Below are positions 1 to 17,625 of a stretch of DNA of 64,000 nucleotides, piece by piece. The position numbers and the translations under genes were made by a program. Below the pieces are notes generated by a model. The model did not search any database, was not told where the DNA came from, and saw nothing but the letters and a program-made list of their open reading frames with translations. This DNA is from the human T2T-CHM13v2.0 reference genome, Homo sapiens. The stretch is from NCBI RefSeq assembly GCF_009914755.1, contig NC_060925.1; one strand, 5' to 3'. Within the stretch, counting starts at the first letter, position 1. Every line of letters begins with the position of its first letter.

Positions 1-5033
<5,033 letters not shown>

Positions 5034-5118
5034 GCTGGATATCCATTCTCTAAGACTTCAGTGTTACAGAGGGAATTTTATATATACATGCACAAGTGTA
5101 TATGTTCGAGAATGTTCC

Positions 5119-5436
<318 letters not shown>

Positions 5437-6452
5437 TTAATAACATTTCATAAGGTAAACCTGAAAATCCAGATATGTATTAATAGTAGAATGAATTGTT
5501 ATCTTTAAACAGTAGAATATATATAGCTTACAACTACATACAATGAACTAGATGAATCTTATAAAGATTTTATTAACAAATGAAGCAAGGCATAAAAGAA
5601 TACAAACAATGTAATTCCATTTAAATAAAGTTTGAAAACAGGCCAAACAAAATTACATTACTTAGGAGCTCACATGTTTATAATAAAATCCTAGAAAATA
5701 GTTGTGAAAGTTGTGATATTAGTTGGCTCTAGCAGGGTTGTCAGAAGTTGTCATATACACCTATAGAATTTTAGTAATGCTGAATGTATGTACCTGGGTT
5801 GTTACTTGTGCGTTCATCTTGTAATTTATTTATATTGAATATTGTACATTTTATGTTTTTTGTACTCTTCAGTATGTGTCACATTTAATAATTTTGAAAA
5901 ACAGAGAATGGGATGTAACTAACTAAAATATTGCTTTGAAAGGGAACAAAGATTGTGTTGAAACTGACTGAGACATGGGGTCAAGAGAGATTTCAAGAGT
6001 TTTGAGTCACATTTAGAAAGGCCCTCTCCTCTACAGGTTTATGAAGAACATAACCTTGATTTCTTCAAATGCATTTTCATAGTTTTACATTTTATATTTT
6101 ATCAATTTGGGTGTGGTTCCTTTTTCTTATTTTAGTGTATTGTGTGTGAGGTCTGGTTACAACTTGATCTTTTCCTATATGGCCATCCAGTAGTCCCAAC
6201 CTACTAAGAAGTCTATCTTTACCCTGTATTATTCCTATAAAGTCTATTTTTTGGACTTTCTATTCTGTTGGTGATCGTTATACACTAGAGTCATTACCAC
6301 ATTTTCTCTACTTCATTTTAGAAATTTCTTTACCTGCTTATTTTGTGCTGAATTCTTATACATTGTTTTGAATCTATGCTTTTGATTTCAATTATTTTAG
6401 TAATTCCTTCTAAATTTTAACACATTATTCAGTATTTCTATGTTTTCCTAAG

Positions 6453-6813
6453 TATATTAGTCCATTTTCATACTGCTATGAAGAAATACTCAAGACTGGG
6501 TAATTTATAAAGGAAAAGAGATGTAATGGACTTGTAGTTTCACATGGGTGGGGAGGCCTCACAACCACAGCAGAAGATGAAAGAGGAACAAAGGCACATC
6601 TTACATGGTGTCAGGCAAGAGAGCATGTGCAGGGGAATTGCCCTTTATGAAGCCATCAGATCTCAGGCGACTTATTCACTATCATGAAAAAAGCACATGA
6701 AAACCCACCCCCATGATTTGATTACCTCCCACCTGGTCCCTCCCACAACACGTGGGCATTATGGGAGCCATAATTCAAGATGAGATTTGAGTGGACACAG
6801 CCAAACCGTATCA
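6453..6813 (-). mobile_element. THE1/MST MaLR solo LTR
   Basis: Reverse complement of a TGATAxGGTTTGGCTGTGTCC...TAATA LTR; 5-bp TSD CTAAG at 6448-6452 and 6814-6818. Confidence 0.9.
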
Positions 6814-7128
6814 CTAAGCAAGATAAGAAAGTACCACAAGATGGTTATTAATGTGGGTTCTAAATTCAAAAGGCCTTCTGTGGTACTGACCTTAATTTAT
6901 TTAATTTCAATGCTTTAACAATAATAACTTTAATAATGATAACACTAACATACATTGATAATATTGTTTAAAATAACAATTGCCATAAAACAATACTAAA
7001 TGTTTATAAGGTTTTTATGAACAACAGGTGAATTACTACAGTGACCATAATAAAGTGATCCATAATAAATTCCAAATATCTCTTAGCTGGTATGAATAAC
7101 TATTCATAGTATTAACTAATAAAGATTT

Positions 7129-7325
7129 TGTACTTGTTTCCTATTGCTGCTATAACAAATTATTACTAATTTTGTGGCTTAAAACAACAGAAGCTTATTA
7201 TCTTACAGTTTTGGAAATCAGAAGTCTGTGAAGCTTAAATCAAGATGTTAACAAGGCTGCATTCCATCTGCAGGCTCTAGGGGAGAATCTATTGCTTTGC
7301 TTTTCATTACATTTAAAACTAGATC
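7129..7325 (-). mobile_element. MLT1 LTR fragment
   Basis: TTTCCTATTGCTGCTATAACAAATTA...GGCTTAAAACAACAG resembles an MLT1 LTR end. Confidence 0.65.
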
Positions 7326-8779
7326 AGTTGATTTCACAACAGTAAGACAAAGAAAGTCAGAAAATATAAGCTACTTACTGGTAGTTTCAAGAAATCATCA
7401 ATGTTTACCTTACAGTGCCTTTTCTTGTTCTTTTGCACCCAGTGACAGATCTCTAACCTGTGAGATCAGAGTATTTGGGGATGAGTGGGATCCAGGGAAG
7501 CTGGTGGGGAAGAATATCTGTGGATCACTAATGAAAGCAGCATGCCTCTCTGGTTTTTGGTGGGGGAGATATAATAGCAAAAGTTAAATTAGACTAGAAA
7601 TCAACTACTTTGTAACATGGTCTAGGTTAACAGTAACAAGGTGTGAAACCTTAAATGACTTAATTTTCTGAGTCTCAGGATTTTAAAAAATTTCTTTAAG
7701 ATGGGTAATAAAGATATCAATATTTAATTTGGAGATAGAGCTATTCTTTTTACTGATAACATTTCCTTGGATGATAAAATGTATTTTTTTCTTTATAAAT
7801 TGCACAGCTTGAAAAGGTAATTGTAGGGTATTGCTAGACAAATGCTCAGTTGAATATGCTGGTACCTTCTGAACTTCAGTTCAAATCTAGAAATACTGCT
7901 GAGTAGCACCACATCCTATCTGATATGAAAAATTCCTCATATTAAAGCTCTTCAAAGAACAGTAAAAAGAGCAGACACTAAAATTTTTCGGCTTTTTTCT
8001 GTATATAAGTAAATCATATTTTGGGTGACTAAAAAAATTCAAGCTCCTATCATATTACCTAAGTGGAAAATTCCTTATATGAGTAAGTACTTATAAGGGA
8101 GAAAAACAGAGCTTTGTGTAATGTTTCTATAATTTAAACAAAAAAAATTTTACTGGAGATATACAAAACAAAGTAACAAAAAGTACATAAAAAGATGTAA
8201 TAAAGTGTGTTTTAATTCTAGTCTTAAAGCAATTCTTAATCTCCTTAGGGAAATTCAGTCTTTCTCTATAGACTTTTAACTTTGAGAAAAATACAAACAA
8301 AGGAACTGATTTATGGTTTTCTAAAAATGTTTTTATGGTTAAAATCTGTACAAACAGATATATTTATATAAGTTACATATTTTAAGAAAAATCAGTCATT
8401 TTTCATATATAATTGCAAAGAATTAAGATCATTTAACTTTAGCACTATAAGCAAGCATTAAATTAAATGCACTCAGATTTTTGGCACATTATATGGCATT
8501 CCTTATACCACATATTTATAAGATCTAAAGGATTATAAACATATTACACATAATAATTAAGTCCAATATAAATTGTGTTCAGGTTATAAAATGCCCTATT
8601 TAAGTTGTGCTCTTGGTGAGGGTGAACAGAAAAGAAAAGGCTTCTTCTTTAGCCCTTAAGCCTATGACACAATTTCCATGCTGGTAATTCCTTTCATCTT
8701 CTGAAGAATCTCTATTTTATTATAACATTATTGGCTTTCAGCTTGGAATTTCTCTACGCAGATTGTCTATTGACAGTGC

Positions 8780-9355
8780 CAAGGAAACATCTCACTGTCC
8801 ACAGAATAGCAGCCTCCACCCAGTTGAAAGCTGCACATTGTTTCCACTTTACCATTGGTACTTCCCTCTGATGGCATCCAGCACACGACCATTAGCCTGA
8901 GTGATGCCCAACTGAGCCCAGACTTTGGTCAAGTTCCTTCCGACTGAGCCCAGTTAGGGACACCCTGCCCCCAGAGGAATATAACAAGCCCCCTCCCCTA
9001 GCTGCCCTGCAGCTTATTTTTCGTCCAAAAGGTCGCCCCCACCGCAAGTTCCCAGAACTTAGGTGCCACTATAACCACCCCTAAGCTAAACCACATCCTG
9101 GTACCCTGAGCCAGGCGGGGGCAAAAACTGACAAACTGCAGGATGTGGCCATACTGGGAGGAAAAGTCTCCACAAATGGCCTTGCCCCCCCGACACCCCC
9201 GCACACACACACAAAACCCCTGCAGACCTACTTATACCCCTTAGCCTGTAAGCCCGGTGTCTGCCTCCTCAGATTTCTGTAGAGCAGCCCAGCAGGTTAA
9301 TAAATTTGCTTGCCGACTTTGGGTCTTCTTGTCCTTTCTCTTGGCTAACCTTATA
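8780..9355 (+). mobile_element. Probable ERV LTR, antisense within the extended GBP5 3' region (family not assigned)
   Basis: GC-richer island in AT-rich DNA, AATAAA at 9299-9304 followed by a U5-like pyrimidine tract; boundaries approximate. Confidence 0.4.
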
Positions 9356-9382
9356 AGCCCATGTGCATAACTCCCTCTAGGT

Positions 9383-9712
9383 CAGCGGTCCCCCAACCTA
9401 TTTGGCATCAGGGACCAGTTTCGTGGAAGGTAATTTTTCCACAGAGGGTTGGCGGGGGTTGGAGGTGGGGTGGCGTTATTGGTTTCTGGTTTATATTGTT
9501 CCACAAGGATCACACAACCTAGATCTTTTGCATGCACAGTTCACAATAGGGTTCCCACTCCTGTGAGAATCTAATGTCACTGCTGATCTGACAGGAGGTG
9601 GAGCTCAGGCTGTAATGCTCACTTACCTGCTGCTCACCTCCTGCTGTGTGGCCGGGTTCCTAAGAGGCCACAGATCAGAGCTAGTCTATGGCCTGAGGGT
9701 TGGGAAGCCCTG
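9383..9712 (+). mobile_element. MER1B hAT-Charlie DNA transposon
   Basis: TIRs CAGCGGTCCCCCAACC / GGTTGGGAAGCCCTG; perfect 8-bp TSD CTCTAGGT at 9375-9382 and 9713-9720. Confidence 0.9.
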
Positions 9713-9967
9713 CTCTAGGTAACATAATCCCCTTATGAGAAATTAGACAGATGACATTGAGATGCAAGGGAAAGCATCTCCTGATGAAACCATCCCAATA
9801 TCACGCATAAATGAAGGCAGTGATACAATGTCCCTTATACAATTTATAATCTCTTAAAGGAAGCAATAAACATTTAAACTATTGGACTACTGGGATGTAC
9901 ATTTTACCAGATACCAGCATCATAATCTTATAACTCTATATGAAAGTTTGAAAAAATAATTATAAAG

Positions 9968-9973
9968 TTTATT
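9968..9973 (-). terminator. GBP5: Proximal poly(A) signal candidate of GBP5 (more distal AATAAA at 8716-8721, ATTAAA at 8211-8216)
   Basis: AATAAA on the minus strand about 90 nt past the stop codon; usage cannot be seen from sequence. Confidence 0.5.
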
Positions 9974-10064
9974 TAAATGTTGATTGTCCCAAGGTCTACA
10001 GTTTCTTTTCTGTTGTGTCATCAGTGACAAAGAGTAAAAAAAGGAAACTCCCATATTTAGCACT

Positions 10065-10178
10065 TTAGAGTAAAACACATGGATCATCGTTATTAACAGT
10101 CCTCTGGGCGTGCTGGAGCTCACTGAGAAGGCTTCTATTTTGAGCTTGGAATGTTGTGCTGAGCTGTGCAGCCTGTTC
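10065..10178 (-). CDS. GBP5: GBP5 last coding exon (EQAAQ...DDPCVLL*), CaaX prenylation motif
   Basis: Acceptor AG 10179-10180, stop TAA 10065-10067. Confidence 0.96.
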   Translation of the reverse strand, partial: EQAAQLSTTFQAQNRSLLSELQHAQRTVNNDDPCVLL

Positions 10179-11259
10179 CTAAAGAGTGATAAATAGAAAG
10201 TAAGATCAAGCTTCTTACTGATTGCCTAAATCACTCACTTGTCCTTACTTCTTTTCATCTACAGTAGCAATAAACAGTTCCTGAATATCTCTCTTCCATT
10301 CACGTGCATCTAACCTATTTCTGTAATTATTCACCCTCCTTGTCTTTCTCTAGCTCCAGAAATGGTCATTTCTCATCCCTGGAATATTGGTGTCCCTAGG
10401 ATTCCAAACCAAAGCTCCCTTCCCCCTTAAACCACACGATCTCCTTGGGCAATCTTAGTCACATCTTGACTTCAATTCTCATACACACACAGGAGACTCT
10501 CAGATATATTTCTAAGAGAAGAGGCTGATACAAAAACAGTGTATCTAAGTGACATCGGAATCAGGTGGGCTGTCCAATCTTTACATACATAAGAGAATTT
10601 GTTCCAGGTCACCACAGAAGTAGGAGAAAAGAGTGAATACATAAATAACCACATGCTGCTCATACTGCTCTTTAGGAAGGAGCTGCAATCAGAAATATTT
10701 TAGAGTAACTTCTGAAAAACTAGTACCTACAAACTGGCAAGCCAAGGGGAAGAATTAGGATGTCATTTGTCTCATTAGGGTGCTGACATAGGAATTTTAC
10801 ACCAGGTCTGAAGAAGCAAAAACACTGCAGATTCCACTCATTTGGAAGGCAGTTTTGTTAATGTGCTAGGCTTGTGTGATATTTGCATTGATTATCTCTT
10901 TGAAACCCCACTTATCTCATCTGAAAAATGAGGACACAGTAGTTCTGCTTTACAGTGAATGGATTAGATGAGATAATGCATGTAAAGTGCTATGACAGTG
11001 ACTGATAAATAATAACTACTGGAGAGTGCTTGGTAACTACTGACAGTGATTGGTAAATAAAAGTAAAGGACCGGATGAAACAAACTGGCAAATTAAAGGC
11101 CTTCAGAACAGAGATGATCAAGGCAAGAACAGGGGCATAGACACAGTAACATGAAATCAGATTAACAAAGTATCTATGACCAAAGCAAAAGATCATCCAG
11201 GACAATTAACAAGTCAACAGGAAAGACCAGTTACTGCAGCCCAGAAATGCCTTGGTTTT

Positions 11260-11485
11260 TATTTAACAACATATAGTGCTTACTCTGTATCGGGCACCAT
11301 TTAAACACAAATATTAACTCATTTAATTATCAAAATAACCCTATAACATAGATATCATCACTGTGTCCATTTTACACAAGAGGAAAATTAGGCACAGAGG
11401 TGATAGATAACTTGCCTAAACCATATACTTACTAAGAGGTGGAGCTTGGATTCATACCCAGACTTTCTGGCTCCAGACTCCCTGC
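11260..11485 (-). mobile_element. MIR SINE in the last GBP5 intron (a second MIR fragment at about 10910-11010)
   Basis: MIR core CCATTTTACACAAGAGGAAAATTAGGCACAGAGG...AACTTGCCTAA. Confidence 0.75.
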
Positions 11486-11580
11486 TGAGAGCCACAAGAT
11501 CTTGCTGCCTCTCCCTCTTTGCCACTGCTACATACTCTCATCGTTACAGGCAGGGGAGAGATGAAACAATTGATGAATAC

Positions 11581-11762
11581 CTGCATCTGTTGTTCCTGCA
11601 TTTTCTGTTGCTCTGCCAGCCAATTTTGTTTGGCTATCTCCATTTGTCTCACTTGTTCCTGATGGAGTCTCTCCCTCTCCTGCATCATTTGCTCGTTCTG
11701 CCTTTGAATCGCCGCCAACCTTTGCGCTTCAGCCTTTTCAGCTTCTGCTTTCACTTGTGCCT
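11581..11762 (-). CDS. GBP5: GBP5 coding exon 9 of 10 (EAQVKAEAEK...QEQQMQ), helical domain
   Basis: Acceptor 11763-11764, donor 11579-11580; 182 nt, phase consistent. Confidence 0.96.
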
Positions 11763-12043
11763 CTGAGGAGAAAAAGATAATCTTCTCTAGGATTAATGTG
11801 CCTCTTCCTTCTGCCTCCCACTTTTGTTTGTGATTGTTCCAACTTCCTGGATAAAATTCCCAGGGGTTGTTTTTCCCTTCCAGGTAACCACAATGCAGGA
11901 TCATGCCAGTCAGATATGCTTGAGGAGCTAAGAAGCATCTTTGCCATTCTTGCTCTAGTTTAACATCCCATGAGGGCCAGGCCAAATTTATTTAAAATTT
12001 ATAGATTTCTTTCTATCTTGCATAATTTCCACTTTCTTCTCAC

Positions 12044-12146
12044 CTTTCTTCTTTTTTTCCGTCTCTGTGAGAGCCTGGTCAGTCTGTAATATTGCATGAC
12101 TCACAGACTCCTTGGACTTTAAATATTTCTGCAGAACTTCTTCAGC
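12044..12146 (-). CDS. GBP5: GBP5 coding exon 8 of 10 (AEEVLQKYLKSKES...EKKKK)
   Basis: Acceptor 12147-12148, donor GTGAGA; 103 nt. Confidence 0.96.
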
Positions 12147-13096
12147 CTAGCAACCCGGAAAACATGCAGTTAGATGCAGGAAATGGTGATTAGGAATGTT
12201 GTAAACATCTTTGTCTTGTTCCTTCCAGCAGCATCTATTCCTCATAGGAGAGGCTTGCCATAGGAGAGGCTCCATAGGAGAGGTGGAGCCTATACAGGCT
12301 TCCACCCTGCACTTGGTGGAACTGCCAATTGAGACTGGAGAGGCTTGTGGAACACCTGCTCCTGTCACAAGTTTGGCCATGACTCCATGGTCAGTCAGAG
12401 CATGCAAGTCCACTAGATGCAAAGGACTTGTTCACAGGGAGAAAAATACTGCAAAGAGTATGAAAATTGATGATGCTTTTGTGTTTGAATGACAGATATA
12501 TGCTGGAGAAAAGATGCTCTCTTTCCCCTGAGACTGAGGGCAGTAAGGACTAGTTAAGCTTGGACCTGTTGGTGTCACCTTTATTGTCATGTGGGGTGAG
12601 CCTGCCTGGAAATGAAGCCAATAGTCAGGAAAATGAAACAGAAAAATGACAGAAAGAAGGAGGAAAAGGGATAATATTGTTTAAAATTCTGAATGCATCT
12701 ATACTTGAAACTAAATTAAAATCTTTTGCTTTTAGTTTGTGTAAGCCAATGAATTACTGGTGTTTCTTAGGTTAGTTTCAAGTATTGGCATTCTGTCCAA
12801 TGTAACCAAAAAGGCCTCTTTGTTGCAATGAATGTTGATGGTCACAAAGCAAGTCTGGTGATTATGGTGATGGTTCAGTTTAACCCCACTGCTACCATTA
12901 GATATAAATTCTGTGCGAGGAACACCAACACCAGGCACATTGTTTTTCCATAAATGCTTATTCAAGAAAAGGATTACTACTAGACAGAGACATAAACCTC
13001 ATCTGTGTGCCTGTATACATGGCAATTTTCCTGTTCTCACTGGTTTTACAAAGAGGTCCCTCAGCAATTCTCCACAATAGGTAGAACTAGGGATAC

Positions 13097-13309
13097 CTGT
13101 ATTCCTTTCCGAGGCTCCCGATAGTACTTTGCCTTCAGTTCTTCTGTTTTCTGAATGAAGAGATTATGGCCTCCTGGCTTAGAATAAATTCCCTGCTTCA
13201 CTGCTTCTTCTAGAGGACCAAAAATATCCTTAAGTAAAGCCGAGCAATAATCCGAGGATGCTTCCAGGTTCCGTTTACAAATGTCATTCTGTTTTGCATC
13301 TAGTAGAGT
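13097..13309 (-). CDS. GBP5: GBP5 coding exon 7 of 10 (TLLDAKQND...EPRKGIQ)
   Basis: Acceptor 13310-13311, donor 13095-13096; 213 nt. Confidence 0.96.
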
Positions 13310-14046
13310 CTTCAAAGAGACAAAAACCCATGGAAAAGATGTTAGCAATACTTCAGTATTTCTGGAAATAATTCTGAAAAAGAATCTATATTTTTTTCTA
13401 CAAACTTAGAGCAAGACACATATAAGCAAGACTATATCCTTCCCACCAAACCTGGAAAAATTCCAAGGATGATACTCTATAGAAAAATGACATTTACTTT
13501 TGGGTTTGAATCTCTTGTTATTTCTGCTATAGGTGTAATCTTCATGCCACAGACCTCTAGCTTCATGCTTTAATTTTAAATGCAGCCTACTAGTTTACAA
13601 CATTCCTTCCAGTATTTCAGTGTTTTATTCGGGATTTCCAATGATAAAGTTCGAAGCAGAATAGTTGGCTGGAATGATACCAACTTATTCTATTAATCCT
13701 GGATACATCATATTTTAGTGGATTAAACTGGTAATTCTATATGCTTAATAAAAAAGAAAATTTAATACTTTGTAAATGCAACTGGCCAAAGACAGAAAAT
13801 TAATTAAAATTCAGTTCATGGGTATAACATGGTAAATGTATGCATATGGGAAAACTTCAGAATCTACAAGGTCCAGAGTAATTACATGTTTGCTCATTTG
13901 TTTTCAGAATAAAAGTGGTGTCATGGCTATATATTATTATTTTCCAATCTAGTATTTTTTTTCTTAGCTAAGTCCTATTTTATCATTCAAAGCAATACTT
14001 TGCCTTCTTGACCTTAATCCCCATGAACTAGAAACAAAAATATCAC

Positions 14047-14327
14047 CTCCAATTCTTTCTGGAAACTTTGGTCTACATCCTTGAAAGAGTTTTTCATGAA
14101 GACTTCAATGGCCTCCCTCTCACTGGTCCTGTGCAGGTCCAGCAGCTCCTGGAGGGTTTCCATGGGCAGCTGCACTTTCTGGCCCATTTGCTGGTCATAG
14201 TGGGCAATGGCCTTTTGCACTGCAGCTGAGTTCTCTCTCTGAGCCAAGGCCAGGACTGCATTCTCTATGCAAGGCAGATCCCCACTGCTGATGGCATTGA
14301 CATAGGTCAGCACCAGGTTCTTTAGAC
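14047..14327 (-). CDS. GBP5: GBP5 coding exon 6 of 10 (LKNLVLTYVNAISSG...FQKELE)
   Basis: Acceptor 14328-14329, donor 14045-14046; 281 nt. Confidence 0.96.
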
Positions 14328-14725
14328 CTTCATGGAAGAAAGAAACATTTATATTATTTGCAAAGGAAGAAGACATGATTGATACAGTAATTTCTGAGAA
14401 TGTACATTTAATAGTTGCATTGCCTGAAATTGTTTAGCATTATGGACAGTAGTCAAGTGGCCCAAATAAGTTTATTTGGGAAACTGTGCTATCAGGAAGC
14501 CAAGTGTTTCATTCTTTGGGAAAGGAAACTGTGTTCAAATAAGAAAATAGAGGAAATTTCAAGGTGTTTGTGATAGTCTACAGTTCATCCTTCTCTGATG
14601 GAGAAATGAGAAGATGATCATATAAAAGTCAAACATATTCATTTGACTACAATGCTATAGGCTTCTGTCTCTTCAATCTTCCCTTTTTCTCTCAGCTTTC
14701 TGTTCTCTTCAGAATTCCTTTTTCT

Positions 14726-14768
14726 TTTTATTTATATATATATTTATTATACTTTAAGTTCTAGGATA
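14726..14768 (-). mobile_element. Extremely 5'-truncated L1PA 3' end
   Basis: TTATTATACTTTAAGTTCTAGGATA (reverse complement of the L1PA terminus); 16-bp TSD CAGAATTCCTTTTTCT at 14710-14725 and 14769-14784. Confidence 0.8.
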
Positions 14769-14845
14769 CAGAATTCCTTTTTCTATTTCACTTTAGTATA
14801 GTTAAGCTAGTATGAGCGCTACCCTCCTCTAAAAAAGTGCAAAGT

Positions 14846-15142
<297 letters not shown>

Positions 15143-15704
15143 TTAATGTTTGTTTGAACTTTCCTGTTTTACGTCCTTGTCATTTGCACACTTTTGTTTC
15201 CAGTCAACTTCCTTCTATAATGTAGCAATTATTTACACAGAGTTCTTAAGAAAAACTAGGCCCAAAAGTCTGCTTAGATTTCATTTAGGGTTTTAGACAA
15301 TTTGGGCCTTTGTTTAAAGTTTGTTATCAACCACGTTTCACTTATACAGGGAACATATATGTCTTGTTCATCTTGTGCCTATCAAATACTGTGACACATA
15401 ATAAAAATCCAATGTATTTGTTGAACAAATGCTGCCAGCCCATGTGGATTAATCCAGTTCAACAGATCTTTAATTTTATCTTATCTTCAGGTTTTGTTCC
15501 TGTTTTATGTAACTTTAAAGGTATTACTACACACACTTAGTAATATGTGATACCCACTGAAACTTAATAAATATGATACATATGATTTTCACAGTAGCAA
15601 TTGCCTATGCATTTGTCAACATTGACAATGCAAGAATAATCTTATAAAAAGTGTCCCTTATAGTTTACATTAAATTGAAGGAAAATCCTAAAAATAATAC
15701 TCAC

Positions 15705-15947
15705 GAGATCCATTGACCATGATGCCACCTGGAAGAGTCTTGGTCATAGAATGGCTAAAGATGTAGGAACAGAATTCTGTCACTTGTTGCACAAATTCAG
15801 GCTCTAGCTCATCATCAGGCAGTGTTTCAAGTTGGGCAAGCTTTTTTTGGTGAGCAGGTAAGTCAAAGATAAAGCATTTCTTTTTTGGAAAGAACTTCTG
15901 TATACACAGACGGGGCAAATTGAAATTTTGAACTCTTTGATCACTAC
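15705..15947 (-). CDS. GBP5: GBP5 coding exon 5 of 10 (SDQRVQNFNLPRLCIQKFF...MVNGS)
   Basis: Acceptor 15948-15949, donor GTGAGT; 243 nt. Confidence 0.96.
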
Positions 15948-16315
15948 CTGGAGAATAAAAAATAGGATTTATTTAGCATAGACTTTGCACTCATTTTCAT
16001 TTATTTACCTTGAATAAATGTCCTTCCACCTGATGTCACTTAGATTAATATATCTTCATAAACCCTAAGTAAAAAGCAAAATGGTAACTAATCAGGGAAA
16101 GTAAAAAAGAAAATTTGTTCTAAGAATGAGGAAAATGCAATTTAATATTGAATCTACTTGTTCATTATAAACAAAAATATTTATTATTTATTTTTTAGGA
16201 GAGCTGGGTGAATATATATATATATAGAAAACCATAAATTTAACCACCTAAACAAAAGAGATAATTTCTTAGATTACTTTTTTAAAAATCTTTCTAAAAC
16301 TGAAGTCCCTGTTAC

Positions 16316-16512
16316 CTTGCTTTGGCCTTAGGGAATTCTCCAGGTATTCATCTGGTGTGACAAGTTGCCCATCTATTTCCAGGCCTAAGCAGAAATCTCT
16401 CAGAGTCCACACTAAGTCTGGGAAGAAGCTCGCAGAGTCAGCAGGATCTTCAACCCTGTCAAGGTCGGGTGAGTTTCTTGCCTTGAGCAGATCTGTCAGT
16501 TCTGTCACATTG
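16316..16512 (-). CDS. GBP5: GBP5 coding exon 4 of 10 (NVTELTD...WTLRDF...RPKQ), G4 motif
   Basis: Acceptor 16513-16514, donor 16314-16315; 197 nt. Confidence 0.96.
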
Positions 16513-16775
16513 CTGAGATGCAATTAAAGAAAACTGGCAGAAATAGGACCACATCTAAACCCATACTTAATTCCATTTTCCCCCAAACCTTTATTTTCCC
16601 CTACGAGTCTTAACCAAATCATCATTTTATCAGTAAATATAAGGGCTCCTTTCTTTGTACTTTCAATGTTTATCACGTTTCCATTTTTGTGATTCACAAG
16701 GTCTCACAGACATGCAGCTGGTAAATAGAGGAGTTCTGTCGGACTTTGGTGCCATCCCATACCACAAAAGGATAC
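16513..16775 (-). other. GBP5: U12-type (minor spliceosome) GT-AG intron
   Basis: 5' splice site GTATCCTTTT (16766-16775); U12-like branch TTCTTTAAT (16523-16531) about 11 nt from the AG; no polypyrimidine tract between branch and AG. Confidence 0.85.
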
Positions 16776-16885
16776 TGCAGTAGGTCGATAGCACCCTGAT
16801 CAATTTTGTTCACAGTATTGTACACAAAGGTGCTGCTCAGTAAGAGTGCCAGTGCAAAGATCTGGATATCATTCTTGTTGTCAGC
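16776..16885 (-). CDS. GBP5: GBP5 coding exon 3 of 10 (ADNKNDIQIFALALLLSSTFVYNTV...DLL)
   Basis: Acceptor 16886-16887; 110 nt. Confidence 0.96.
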
Positions 16886-17412
16886 CTAGAAGTCAGACCA
16901 AATTTAAGTCATGTCTCATGGGATTCCCAGATGAGCGATATTTAAAAACAGGCTCTTGTCATAAATGTTTAACAAGACAAAAGAAAAAGATTGTTAGAAA
17001 TATTAACTTTGAATAGTTCTCTTGTTAACATTGATAATTTTATACTCATCCATATCTTATTAACTCACCAGTCCCTCTACATATTTGCAAAACGGATAGT
17101 TAAAATTAGTGGGGTGATCAGAGTACTTAAAACCAACATTTTCCAGCACATAAAACAAAATTGGCCTATATACCCAGTACATATACCTATTTTATTGAAT
17201 AACCAGTATCAATAATGCAGTTCACATTAATGATCTTATCGAATTCTAAAAAATAGTGCTGTGAGATGGGTTTATAGTTACTATCTCCATTTTGTAGGTA
17301 AGGAAACTGAGGCTCAAATTGTGGCTTGTCATCTTTAAGTCCTGGCAAATCAAAAACAAAGACAAAAAACACACACACAGAAAAAAAACAATGGAAGTTC
17401 AAGAGAAAGATC

Positions 17413-17625
17413 CAGTTGTGTGCTGGAGCCAACTCATACCAACTCATGACAGCAAATTGTGTGCATGTCTTCCCAAGTCTGAGTTTAGTGAATTAACTTT
17501 GGTAGCTTGAAATCAATTATGATGGGAGTATTCAGAAAATAGTCAAGTGCTACAAATCATGGTTGTTTTTGTTTTTGTTATTTTGTCCTTGAGCTGGTTG
17601 TTAAGTACTTACCAGCATATAACTA
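17413..17625 (+). mobile_element. MER63A-like hAT DNA transposon (MIR fragment at about 17240-17350 beside it)
   Basis: Termini CAGTTGTGTGCTGGAGC / TTACCAGCATATAACT; internal TTGGTAGCTTGAAATC. Confidence 0.7.

Noticed and set aside
13085-13096. Donor GTATCCCT as a second U12 intron
   Set aside because: It deviates from GTATCCTT, and the 3' end has a U2-type CTAAC branch with no U12 branch motif
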